The notes below the pieces were generated by a model. That model had not been told where the DNA came from, did no database searches, and saw only the letters and a program-made list of their open reading frames with translations. Position numbers and translations under genes: made by a program. A DNA stretch of 64,000 nucleotides from a virus, in the IMG/VR virus record IMGVR_UViG_3300030329_003698, positions 13,183 through 77,182 of that record, one strand, 5' to 3'. Shown here piece after piece: positions 38,853 to 48,007 of the stretch. The first letter of the stretch is position 1. Each line of letters opens with the position of its first letter.

Positions 38853-40339
38853 CGACTTATCAAATCGCCAAAGGCATGCATTACATCAACGGTGAGTTTG
38901 TAGAAGGAAACGAAGAAAGTTTATTCGACAGTATTAACCCAGCAACAGGGAGAATCATTGGGTCTTTTCCCCAAGCTACATCAGCAGAGATTTCTTCAGC
39001 GTACAACGCTGCCAAGTCCGCTTTTCCAGAGTGGAGAAACTTAAGTAGATTTCAACGCGGCGATTATTTTCTCAGGGTGGCAGAACTTCTAGAAAACAAC
39101 AAGGAAGATATCGCCGCTATTATTAGCCAAGAAACAGGAAAAGTTTTCAACGAGTCTATTGCAGAGGTCAACGAGGCTTTGCACATGGCTCAATACGCTT
39201 TTAGCACAGGAAGAATGCCTTATGGAGAAGCAATCGCGTCTGAGCTACCTGAAAAAGACGCTTTTATGCTCAGGAAGCCCAAGGGTGTTGTTGCTATTGT
39301 TGCTCCTTTTAACTTTCCTTTCGCTATTGGAGGCTTCTGGTGTGCTGCACCGGCTCTTGTCGAAGGTAATACTGTCGTTCTAAAGCCCAGCGAAGACGTT
39401 GCGTGGGTTGGGCAAATTATTGCGGAGCTATACAAAGAGGCTGGTTTTCCTCCGGGTGTGTTTAACATGGTTCACGGAGATGGAGAGGTTGGCGATAAAT
39501 TGATCCATGAAGATGTAGACCACATTTGCTTTACCGGAAGCGCCGATGTAGGAATGCATGTTCGTAAAGTGTGTGCTGAAAGCTGGCACAAAACTTGTTC
39601 TTGTGAAATGGGAAGTAAATCAGCAGTAATTATCCATGAAGACGCTAATTATGACCTCGCAATGGCAGCATGCCTTGCCAGCGCTTTCAAACTATCTGGT
39701 CAACGTTGCGTGTCTGCTGGCCGGATGATTGTCCACCGATCTCTATACGACAGATTCGCAAAAGATTTTGCTTCTCTTGCTGCTAACGCCGTAACAGGAG
39801 ATCCGTTTGACGACAACACATTTTATGGAAGTCTAATTAATGAACCCCAACTCCAAAGGGTTGAAGGGTTTAACAAAATGGTAGAAGAAGATCCAGAAGC
39901 AGAAGTGCTGTTGATGGGAGAACGCTTGGAGGGCGACGGTTTATTCTTGACGCCCACTGTCTACAAGACTGAGTGGAGAGATGTCCCTTATCTCAAGCAG
40001 GAGGTATTTGGACCTCATGTCTCTATTATTCCTTACGACACAGTAGATGATGCTATTCGCATTTACAATGATACGGACTATGGACTTTCACTAGGAGTAG
40101 TAACGGAGAACTTTAAAATTGCCAGACGTATCCGTAATGAATGTGATTTTGGTCTTGGTTATTGGAACGGCGGGAGCATTGCTGCTGAGAGCCATCTGGG
40201 ATTCGGAGGAGTGAAGAAGTCTGGAAACGGACAACCTAGCGCAGCCCGAACCTTCAGATCTGTTACCCACGAAGTAGCTTGGACTGTAAACCATGGTGAT
40301 TCATTAAACTTCCCACAAGGCATGAACACCGGTAGCTGA
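38849..40339 (+). CDS. NAD(P)-dependent aldehyde dehydrogenase (semialdehyde dehydrogenase candidate)
   Basis: PFNFP, KPSE, FTGS, EMGSK, GQRC, EVFGP, FGGVKKSG. Confidence 0.93.
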   Translation: MTTYQIAKGMHYINGEFVEGNEESLFDSINPATGRIIGSFPQATSAEISSAYNAAKSAFPEWRNLSRFQRGDYFLRVAELLENNKEDIAAIISQETGKVFNESIAEVNEALHMAQYAFSTGRMPYGEAIASELPEKDAFMLRKPKGVVAIVAPFNFPFAIGGFWCAAPALVEGNTVVLKPSEDVAWVGQIIAELYKEAGFPPGVFNMVHGDGEVGDKLIHEDVDHICFTGSADVGMHVRKVCAESWHKTCSCEMGSKSAVIIHEDANYDLAMAACLASAFKLSGQRCVSAGRMIVHRSLYDRFAKDFASLAANAVTGDPFDDNTFYGSLINEPQLQRVEGFNKMVEEDPEAEVLLMGERLEGDGLFLTPTVYKTEWRDVPYLKQEVFGPHVSIIPYDTVDDAIRIYNDTDYGLSLGVVTENFKIARRIRNECDFGLGYWNGGSIAAESHLGFGGVKKSGNGQPSAARTFRSVTHEVAWTVNHGDSLNFPQGMNTGS

Positions 40340-41139
40340 TGACTGAAATACTAGTATGTAAGCCAACATATTTTGGTATAGAATATGAAATAAACCCTTG
40401 GATGAGCATGAATAAAGATGCTGATCCAGAGTTTGCGATGTTTCAATGGGATCGTATGTGCGACCGTCTCAAAAAGGCGGGTGCTAGGATTAGGTACATC
40501 GAACCGCAGCGTGGTTTACCAGACATGGTATTCACAGCTAATGCTGGCTTAGTTTACAAAAACACTGTAATTCTATCAAACTTTAGACACCAAGAACGAC
40601 GAGAAGAAAAAAAACTCTTTAAAGAATGGTTCTTGCGAAATGGGTACAGGGTTGTCGAACTTCCAGAAAGCGTATGTTTTGAGGGAGAAGGAGACGCTCT
40701 TTTTTTTAAGGGTGTGCTGTTTATGGGTTCTGGCTTCAGAACTGACCCAGACGCACATTCGATAATAGGCCGAGCGCTTGATATAGATGTTGTTAGCTGT
40801 GAATTAGTTGACCCAAGGTTCTATCACCTAGACACCTGTTTTCTTCCTTTAAAAGATAGAATTGTTTATTACAGAGATGCGTTTTCTAAGTTCAGTCAAC
40901 ATATAATGATACAAAAGCTGATAGAGATTGGTTACAATAGTGGGACTTTGGATGTCTTAAACGTACACGAGGACCAAGCTAAAGAGTTTATTTGTAACAG
41001 CATTGAGATAGACGAAACTGTTGTAACTCCTACAGATATGTTTTCTCTATCATTTTCTGGTAAAAAGACGCTGGTTAGCAATATGTCAGAATTTATGAAA
41101 TCTGGAGGAGCCGTAAAATGTCTAACTCTCAGACTATAG
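40339..41139 (+). CDS. Amidinotransferase superfamily, ArgZ/Rv2323c-like arginine dihydrolase or DDAH
   Basis: YEINPWM, PDMVFTAN, FEGEGD, FYHLDTC, GGAVKC. Confidence 0.88.
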   Translation: MTEILVCKPTYFGIEYEINPWMSMNKDADPEFAMFQWDRMCDRLKKAGARIRYIEPQRGLPDMVFTANAGLVYKNTVILSNFRHQERREEKKLFKEWFLRNGYRVVELPESVCFEGEGDALFFKGVLFMGSGFRTDPDAHSIIGRALDIDVVSCELVDPRFYHLDTCFLPLKDRIVYYRDAFSKFSQHIMIQKLIEIGYNSGTLDVLNVHEDQAKEFICNSIEIDETVVTPTDMFSLSFSGKKTLVSNMSEFMKSGGAVKCLTLRL

Positions 41140-42326
41140 ACACTTTACAAAAATACATCCTTGTTGACGGATTTCATATTGTAGTAGACACAAGGAGGAG
41201 TGTCGGTAGCTGGATTGTCGATGTAGACATGGGCAATAGATATTTGGACTGCTACTCTCAATTTGCCAGCCAAGCACTGGGCTGGAAAGACCCAGCTATG
41301 ATATCCGCACAAAGGGAGATGGGTCGGGTTGGCATGACAAAGATTGCCAACAGTGATATGTACTCAGAAGAATACGCAAGGTTTGTTGAAAGTTTTGCGT
41401 CCATCACTCCTGATTTTGAACATTACTTTTTTATTGACGGTGGAGCTTTAGCAGTAGAGAACGCGCTAAAAGCCGCGTTTGATTGGAAGGCTCAAAAACT
41501 GGGGTACAGCCACACTGTTGATATCAACAATCTAGACATCTTCCATCTCAAGAATGCATTTCACGGGCGAACAGGATACACCCTTTCTCTCACCAATACA
41601 ACCCCCGAAAAGACCGCGCTTTTTCCCAAGTTTAGATGGACTACCGTAGAGCCTGATTGGGAAGATATTGAACGCCGTATGCATAAAGAGGTTGCTGCCA
41701 TCATCGTGGAACCGATCCAAGGTGAAGGTGGAGACAACCATTTTCCTACAGAGTTTTTCCAGAACCTTAGACGCATAGCAAACGAACACGATTGCCTTCT
41801 TATATTTGATGAAGTGCAAACAGGTATGGGGCTGACCGGAAAGATGTGGGCTTATGAACATTTCGATGTTGTCCCAGACATGATGTGCTTCGGCAAGAAA
41901 ACTCAAGTGTGTGGAGTCTGTTCCACAAACAGGATAGACGAGGTAGAGAGCAATGTCTTCAGTACTTCCGGTCGTGTTAATTCTACTTGGGGTGGCAATA
42001 TTGTGGATATGGTTAGATCTAGATACATAATAGATGCTATTCAACAACGAGATTTAGTAGAAAACGCATCGAAAGTTGGCCAAGATCTTCTTAGGCAGTT
42101 GAGAAAACTTCCAGTAATAGACAATGTTCGTGGTAGAGGTCTTATGATTGCGTTTGACTTGCCGGATGAGCAAACGCGAGACGGGATGATGTCACTTCTA
42201 CAAGAGAACATGCTTGCTCTTAAGTCTGGCAATCGTTCAATTAGACTAAGACCACCGCTGACATTTTCTTTTGAGGATGCGGAGTCGGCAAAGAACTTCA
42301 TCTATGAGGCCATTACAAAACTATGA
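41118..42326 (+). CDS. lat: L-lysine 6-aminotransferase (class III PLP)
   Basis: ILVDG..VVD..RS.GS N-terminus, GALAVENALKAAFDWK, AFHGRTGY, EPIQGEGG, DEVQTG, FGKK, STWGG. Confidence 0.9.
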   Translation: MSNSQTIDTLQKYILVDGFHIVVDTRRSVGSWIVDVDMGNRYLDCYSQFASQALGWKDPAMISAQREMGRVGMTKIANSDMYSEEYARFVESFASITPDFEHYFFIDGGALAVENALKAAFDWKAQKLGYSHTVDINNLDIFHLKNAFHGRTGYTLSLTNTTPEKTALFPKFRWTTVEPDWEDIERRMHKEVAAIIVEPIQGEGGDNHFPTEFFQNLRRIANEHDCLLIFDEVQTGMGLTGKMWAYEHFDVVPDMMCFGKKTQVCGVCSTNRIDEVESNVFSTSGRVNSTWGGNIVDMVRSRYIIDAIQQRDLVENASKVGQDLLRQLRKLPVIDNVRGRGLMIAFDLPDEQTRDGMMSLLQENMLALKSGNRSIRLRPPLTFSFEDAESAKNFIYEAITKL

Positions 42327-43162
42327 AAATAAGAAACGTAGGAATAGTAGGGCAGGGCTTTGTTGGGACGGCTTTAAGAGAAGTGTTCTCGTGTTACAAC
42401 AAAGTGTATACTTATGATAAAGCTCATAAAGATCTCTCCACGCATAAAGGAATATCCGATCTATCATACTCTTGTGATGTGATTTTTGTTTGCGTTCCAA
42501 CGCCAATGAAGCCAGACGGATCATGCGACACATCAATTGTTGAGACGGTTTGTTTAGATGCTTGCAAAACCGGAAGACAAAATATCATTGTCATCAAGTC
42601 TACGGTTCCTCCGGGGACCACCAAAAAAATCAACGAAAAATGCATTGATTCCCAAGTAGTCTTTAACCCTGAGTTTCTTCTGGAAAGAAACGCCACTGAA
42701 GACTTTCGTAATACCAGTCGTGTTATTCTAGGTGGGCCAAGGCCAGCTACGACTAGACTAAGATCATTCTACGCAAACGTTTTCCCCAAAGCCTCCATTG
42801 TAAAGACAGACTCAACTATAGCGGAGTACGTGAAATATCTCACCAATTGCTTCTTATCTGTGAAGGTTTCCCTAGCCAACGAAATCTCGTCGATGTGCAA
42901 GGAGGACGGGGTTGACTACGACAAGGTGATCGAATATGCTATACACGACAACAGATTGGGGGATTCTCACTGGTCGGTTCCCGGCCCGGACGGCAATCTG
43001 GGATTTGGAGGGAGTTGTTTTCCAAAAGATCTCAACGCTTTAATACAACACGCAATAAATGCTGGCGTACCTCCAAACACTATGATCGGCGCTTGGAATA
43101 CCAATCTAACAGTAAGACCACAAAAAGACTGGGAACAGCTTAAAGGAAGGGCTGTACAATGA
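42323..43162 (+). CDS. UDP-glucose/GDP-mannose dehydrogenase family, lacking the C-terminal domain
   Basis: GQGFVG, CVPTP, KSTVPPGT, NPEFL, FGGSCFPKD. Confidence 0.85.
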   Translation: MKIRNVGIVGQGFVGTALREVFSCYNKVYTYDKAHKDLSTHKGISDLSYSCDVIFVCVPTPMKPDGSCDTSIVETVCLDACKTGRQNIIVIKSTVPPGTTKKINEKCIDSQVVFNPEFLLERNATEDFRNTSRVILGGPRPATTRLRSFYANVFPKASIVKTDSTIAEYVKYLTNCFLSVKVSLANEISSMCKEDGVDYDKVIEYAIHDNRLGDSHWSVPGPDGNLGFGGSCFPKDLNALIQHAINAGVPPNTMIGAWNTNLTVRPQKDWEQLKGRAVQ

Positions 43163-44229
43163 GAGCAGCTATAATTGGCGTGGGAAACATGGGTCAAGCT
43201 GTAGCTTGGTCTATGGATGAACTTGGCTTTGATTTAACGCTTGTTGACTCTTCGGAAAAAGCTCTCGAAGAGTGTAACCAGCTTTTACAAAAACCCGCTA
43301 ACCTACAACATAGTTATACTCTAGGGCTTGGCAATCCAGACGTAGTTATATCTTGTCTTCCGTACAGCGAAAACACTTTACTAGCACAGTACTGCATCAA
43401 AAACAGACTAAGGTATTGTGATCTTGGCGGAAACGTAAAAATCAGCGAAGACATCAACGAATTCGCCAGTAGATCCGCTAAAGCCCCAATTATGACTGAC
43501 CTCGGCCTTGCTCCGGGTTTTGTTAACATTGTTCTTGAAGAGTTTTTCAGACAGGCGTCGGAAGCGGAAGACCAACTGAAGACTCCAGAAAATGTCAATG
43601 TTATGGTTGGTGGTATCCCTCAAAGCCGAGTACCATCAGATTATTTTAATTATAACTGCACTTGGTCTGTGGACGGCTTGATCAACGAATATACGGAAGA
43701 CTGCATCCTTGTTCAGAACGGGGTAAAGATTGTATCTCCACCACTCCTTGGTTTAGTAAAACTAATGACAAAAAATCTTGGAGAACTAGAAGCCTTTTAC
43801 ACAAGCGGTGGGTCTGCCCATAGCGTAAATAGAATGATAGAGCTTGGGGTTTCTAATTTTTCATACAGGACATTACGCTGGCCGGGACACCACTGGACCA
43901 TAAATCTACTGATCAATAAATGCGATCTAAATAAAGATCAGCTTAAGCACATATTTACAAAAAACTGTAGCACACCAACAAATGATGACTGTGTTGCTAT
44001 TTATATGAGTGTGGATGACAAGATTCAAGAGATGGTCATATATCCACAAAGAGGGTTTACAGCCATGCAAGTTGGCACTGGATACTCAGCCGCAGTAGTA
44101 GCCTCTCTACTTGCGAGGGGAGACTTCGACGACAAGAAGACTGTAAAATATGAAGACATAAATTTTGAAACTTTTACTGAAGTTCTAGACAAACTTGTAA
44201 GCACAGAGAACGATAATGAATTACAATGA
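43159..44229 (+). CDS. Saccharopine dehydrogenase / lysine 6-dehydrogenase family
   Basis: GVGNMG, DLGG, GLAPG, WSVDGLINEY, EAFYTSGG, RTLRWPGH. Confidence 0.88.
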   Translation: MRAAIIGVGNMGQAVAWSMDELGFDLTLVDSSEKALEECNQLLQKPANLQHSYTLGLGNPDVVISCLPYSENTLLAQYCIKNRLRYCDLGGNVKISEDINEFASRSAKAPIMTDLGLAPGFVNIVLEEFFRQASEAEDQLKTPENVNVMVGGIPQSRVPSDYFNYNCTWSVDGLINEYTEDCILVQNGVKIVSPPLLGLVKLMTKNLGELEAFYTSGGSAHSVNRMIELGVSNFSYRTLRWPGHHWTINLLINKCDLNKDQLKHIFTKNCSTPTNDDCVAIYMSVDDKIQEMVIYPQRGFTAMQVGTGYSAAVVASLLARGDFDDKKTVKYEDINFETFTEVLDKLVSTENDNELQ

Positions 44230-44896
44230 TATTTGCGTTTTCGATTTTGAGACCGGGAGTAGAAACCCACACACAACACAGCCAATACAAGTGGCTGCTG
44301 TAATGATTCATGGCAGAAAACTGACCATACAACCAGACGGATATTTCGAATCTCTTATAAAACCAATGGGAGATGAAAAAGCTGTGGCCGCTGGTGTGGA
44401 CCCGCTAGAAGACGAGGCTCTTCAAATAAACGGCAAGACCAGAGCAGAGCTTTCAAAAGCTCCACACGCCAAAACTGTGTGGGAAAGATTTGCAAACTTT
44501 GTAAACAAGTTTAACTACAAAGGGGGTTCTTGGACCGCCCCCATAGCCGCTGGTCACAATATAGACAATTTCGATATGATTATTGCCGAAAGACTATGCA
44601 AATCATACGGACCAATAGATAAGAAGAGGAATGTTCAGGCCGTCTTTCATCCAATCCATAGGCTAGACTTGATGAGAGAGGTTTGGATGTGGACAGAAAA
44701 TAACAAAGACATCAGAAGTATAAGCATGGACTCTATTAGAGACTGGCTTGGTATGTCTAAAGAAAATGCCCACGACGCCCTACAAGATGTAAAAGACACC
44801 GCCGCTGTATTGATTAAGTTTATGAAACTTTATCGTCATTACGCACCCAAGGTTAAGTTTGAAAAGGCTTTTGCCAATGACGGATTACCGGTTTGA
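44216..44896 (+). CDS. DEDDh 3'-5' exonuclease (DnaQ/epsilon-like)
   Basis: FDFETG, GHNIDNFD, HDALQD. Confidence 0.9.
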   Translation: MNYNDICVFDFETGSRNPHTTQPIQVAAVMIHGRKLTIQPDGYFESLIKPMGDEKAVAAGVDPLEDEALQINGKTRAELSKAPHAKTVWERFANFVNKFNYKGGSWTAPIAAGHNIDNFDMIIAERLCKSYGPIDKKRNVQAVFHPIHRLDLMREVWMWTENNKDIRSISMDSIRDWLGMSKENAHDALQDVKDTAAVLIKFMKLYRHYAPKVKFEKAFANDGLPV

Positions 44897-46550
44897 TTGC
44901 GGTTGTAGCTTCTCTGTTAAAGATCCGAAGCACCCTATTACTCTATCCCAAACGGGTTTGCCATCTGTAGACTTTAAAATAAGAGAGTCTCCATATGATT
45001 GTAGAATGACTTGGGACTTAATCAAGGAAGGGAAAACAAAAGGTGTATTTCAACTTGAAAGTAATTTAGGAAAATCTTGGGCAAAAAGGATTCGCCCAAA
45101 CAACATCGAAGAATTAGCCGCTCTAACGGCCTTGATCAGACCCGGATGCCTCAAGGCAATCATTGACGGCAAGTCGATGACTCAGAGGTACGTCGACAGA
45201 AAGAATGGCACAGAGGAGTTAACGTACTTACACGACTCCCTAGAGCCAATATTGGAGTCCACGCAAGGGGTTCTGGTATACCAAGAGCAGAGCATGCAGA
45301 TAGCGCAAGTTATCGCGGGTTTTGATCTTCAACAAGCCGACTCTTTAAGAAAGGCTATTGGTAAGAAAAACGCCAGCTTGATGTCAGAGGTAAAGGATTC
45401 TTTTTTAGACGGGGCCGACAGCAAAGGACTCGTTACTAGAGAAATTGCGGAAGAAATTTTTGGGTGGATTGAGAAATCCAACAGGTACGCTTTCAATAAA
45501 AGCCACGCCGTTTCTTATGCCATTTGTGGATACTGGTCAGCTTACGCTAAAGCTCATTTCCCAATTAATTTCTACTGTAACTACCTCTATTTTGCTGACG
45601 GAAAACAAGATACACAATCCGAGATCAGAGAGGTTGTGAGTGACGCTAGAATTCACGGCGTTGAGATAGCCGCACCCTCCATAGTCAATATGAACCACAA
45701 ATTTAATATAAACAATAGGATTATACACTTTGGGTTTAATGACATTAAGTCTGTCGGGGCAAAGCAGGTTGAAAAGCTGGTCTCTACAATTTCTGAGATC
45801 GAAGAATTTCTAGAAAAGCCTGTTGTGGATTGGTCTTGGTATCAATTCCTGATAAATGCCTCTCACAAGATTAATAGTAAAGTTTGCAACGCCCTAGCGT
45901 CTGTTGGGGCGTTTTCTTGTTTTGGTATCTCCCGAAACAGAATGATCTACGAGATTGATGTTTGGTCCAAGCTAACGGACAAAGAAAGAGCTTGGATAAT
46001 AGAACGGCAAAAGAGTTGGGACGAGATAATACCAGCTTTGACAGAACTGTCTCCTACCAAAAAAATGGGTGGCGGAACGTTTAATGGTACAAGAAGCGAG
46101 ATTGTCAGAAGTCTTGTTTTGATGCTGGAAGACCCGCCATACTCTCTTGACGATTCTCCAAGCTGGTCTTCTAGGGTTGAAAAAGAATATCTCGGAATAC
46201 CCATTAGTTATTCTGAAGTTGATTCCTGTGACACCAGTGCGGCCACCGCCACTTGCAAAGAGTTTTTCGATGGAATCAAAGGTGATGTCACCTTGGCTGT
46301 CCAGATTATAGACCTGAAAGAATATAAATTAAAAAAGGGTCAAAATAAGGGCAGGAATATGGCTTTTCTTACGGTTGAAGATGGTACAGGATCTATTGAT
46401 AATGTGACAGTCTTTTGTGATGATTGGGAAAAACACAACACAACTTTATACGAAGGAAACACCGTTTTGTTGTACGGAGGTCGCTCAGACAGATCGCAAG
46501 CCAACAGAGGAAACGACGGTTTTGTTGTCAAAAAAGTTGTGCAAATCTGA
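44877..46550 (+). CDS. dnaE: DNA polymerase III alpha, C-terminal part (fingers, HhH, OB)
   Basis: GVFQLES, ALIRPG, GVLVYQEQ, LRKAIGKK, YAFNKSHA, IKSVG, MAFLTVED. Confidence 0.93.
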   Translation: MTDYRFDCGCSFSVKDPKHPITLSQTGLPSVDFKIRESPYDCRMTWDLIKEGKTKGVFQLESNLGKSWAKRIRPNNIEELAALTALIRPGCLKAIIDGKSMTQRYVDRKNGTEELTYLHDSLEPILESTQGVLVYQEQSMQIAQVIAGFDLQQADSLRKAIGKKNASLMSEVKDSFLDGADSKGLVTREIAEEIFGWIEKSNRYAFNKSHAVSYAICGYWSAYAKAHFPINFYCNYLYFADGKQDTQSEIREVVSDARIHGVEIAAPSIVNMNHKFNINNRIIHFGFNDIKSVGAKQVEKLVSTISEIEEFLEKPVVDWSWYQFLINASHKINSKVCNALASVGAFSCFGISRNRMIYEIDVWSKLTDKERAWIIERQKSWDEIIPALTELSPTKKMGGGTFNGTRSEIVRSLVLMLEDPPYSLDDSPSWSSRVEKEYLGIPISYSEVDSCDTSAATATCKEFFDGIKGDVTLAVQIIDLKEYKLKKGQNKGRNMAFLTVEDGTGSIDNVTVFCDDWEKHNTTLYEGNTVLLYGGRSDRSQANRGNDGFVVKKVVQI

Positions 46551-46577
46551 ACAACAGATGGTACTTTAGATAGGCGA

Positions 46578-47102
46578 ATGGAAGAGAGAATCATAAAATT
46601 TCTGAAAGACCACCACTACATGGTCAAGGTCTTTCACGCCGAGGAAAACGGTTGTAGCGCATATTTTCCATCTAGATACGTAATTGATCCAGATGTGAAC
46701 GAAAATATTTGTGTATACACTTTACAAAACGACGACACAAGACCGGGAATACATTACTATTCAACAGAACTAAACTATACAAGTTTTGTAGAGTGTCCTA
46801 TATATGCGGCCCGAATAGTAATATTCCAAGACATTTTAATGAAGACTGAGAGACTCGGATTATCAACCAAGTTCATTAGCTACTTTGACGAAAACGACAA
46901 CGAGCTAGAGGACGCAACGTTTGTTGATCTAATTGCACCCCCAGAAGACCCAAAAGAAGTAAAGTTAGAGGAAAAGTTGGCAGAAATATTCTATGAAGCA
47001 TATCCAACTTTTTCAAAAGAATTTCAAGAACTAGCAGAACAGTATGGTGTAGCTAAAGGCTACGAACTAATTAACCTAGCTTTCGTTATGGAAGGACTCT
47101 AA
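46578..47102 (+). CDS. Hypothetical acidic protein
   Basis: 174-aa ORF. Confidence 0.65.
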   Translation: MEERIIKFLKDHHYMVKVFHAEENGCSAYFPSRYVIDPDVNENICVYTLQNDDTRPGIHYYSTELNYTSFVECPIYAARIVIFQDILMKTERLGLSTKFISYFDENDNELEDATFVDLIAPPEDPKEVKLEEKLAEIFYEAYPTFSKEFQELAEQYGVAKGYELINLAFVMEGL

Positions 47103-47106
47103 TCTG

Positions 47107-47505
47107 ATGTCGATGAACAATTGCAATTTTATTGGTCGTCTTGTTGCCGATCCCGAACTAAACGACGTTAATGACACAAGCGTCGTGAGGTTTACTCTGG
47201 CTATCAACGAATACCGAAAGTCCAGAGACGGCGAAAAGAACAAGAACGTCAGTTATCTAGATTTTGAAGCTTGGGACACAGGAGCGACCACAATTGGCAA
47301 GCATTGTCGCAAGGGCGATGAAATTGCTGTATTGGCTTCTGCTCGTCAGGACAAGTGGACTGACAAGGAGGGCAACCGTCGCTCAAAGGTCAAGTTTAGA
47401 GTGAACAAGTTCAAGTTGTTTAATTATAACAATAACAATAACAACGACAGGCAAAAGGAAGAGACTCAAAAAGTAGCTGTTGCGGAGAGCGATGCCCCGT
47501 TCTAA
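47107..47505 (+). CDS. ssb: Single-stranded DNA-binding protein
   Basis: IGRLVADPEL, FTLAIN, AW, KGD, C-terminal DAPF. Confidence 0.93.
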   Translation: MSMNNCNFIGRLVADPELNDVNDTSVVRFTLAINEYRKSRDGEKNKNVSYLDFEAWDTGATTIGKHCRKGDEIAVLASARQDKWTDKEGNRRSKVKFRVNKFKLFNYNNNNNNDRQKEETQKVAVAESDAPF

Positions 47506-48007
47506 GAATTCAAATAAAGACTCTAAAGAGACAAAAGAGCTTGAGGAACAGCTAGTCCATACTCATTATGGATTGGTTGTTTCTCAGGCTCTTCGTTTTT
47601 CTAACAACAGGAGTTATATAGAAGATTACATACAGGTGGGATTGATAGGTCTGTTAAAGGCTATCAGAAATTACGATTCAGAAAAAAGTAAATTTTCAAC
47701 CTTCGCTACCGTTTGCATAAGAAACGAAATATTTAGATATACAAGAAAAAATAAGCCAAAGACAATCCCTGTAGACGCAAAAATCAAAAATGTTATAAAC
47801 AGGACCGACGACTGGTACGTTCCTGTAGAGGGAATATGGGAGTACATCCCAGACAGCTTGACTGAAAAAGAAAGGCTGGTGTTGCAAATGAAGTTTGAAA
47901 ACTACACACATAAAGAAATAGCAGATACAATATGTTGCTCAAAAGGAAGAGTAAAAAACATCCTTAAAAAAATCATATCCTTATTGCAAAGAGCCAATGG
48001 CGAATAG
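47492..48007 (+). CDS. Sigma-70 family RNA polymerase sigma factor
   Basis: EDYIQVGLIGLLKAIRNYD..KSKFSTFA; YTHKEIA HTH. Confidence 0.9.
   Translation: MPRSKNSNKDSKETKELEEQLVHTHYGLVVSQALRFSNNRSYIEDYIQVGLIGLLKAIRNYDSEKSKFSTFATVCIRNEIFRYTRKNKPKTIPVDAKIKNVINRTDDWYVPVEGIWEYIPDSLTEKERLVLQMKFENYTHKEIADTICCSKGRVKNILKKIISLLQRANGE

Noticed and set aside
38040-45050. Split intein or intron joining the dnaE halves
   Set aside because: No intein terminal motifs on either fragment and no non-coding space for a ribozyme.
47420-47448. AATAAC microsatellite in ssb
   Set aside because: Encodes a poly-Asn stretch in the normally disordered SSB linker; in-frame, with no sign of phase variation.
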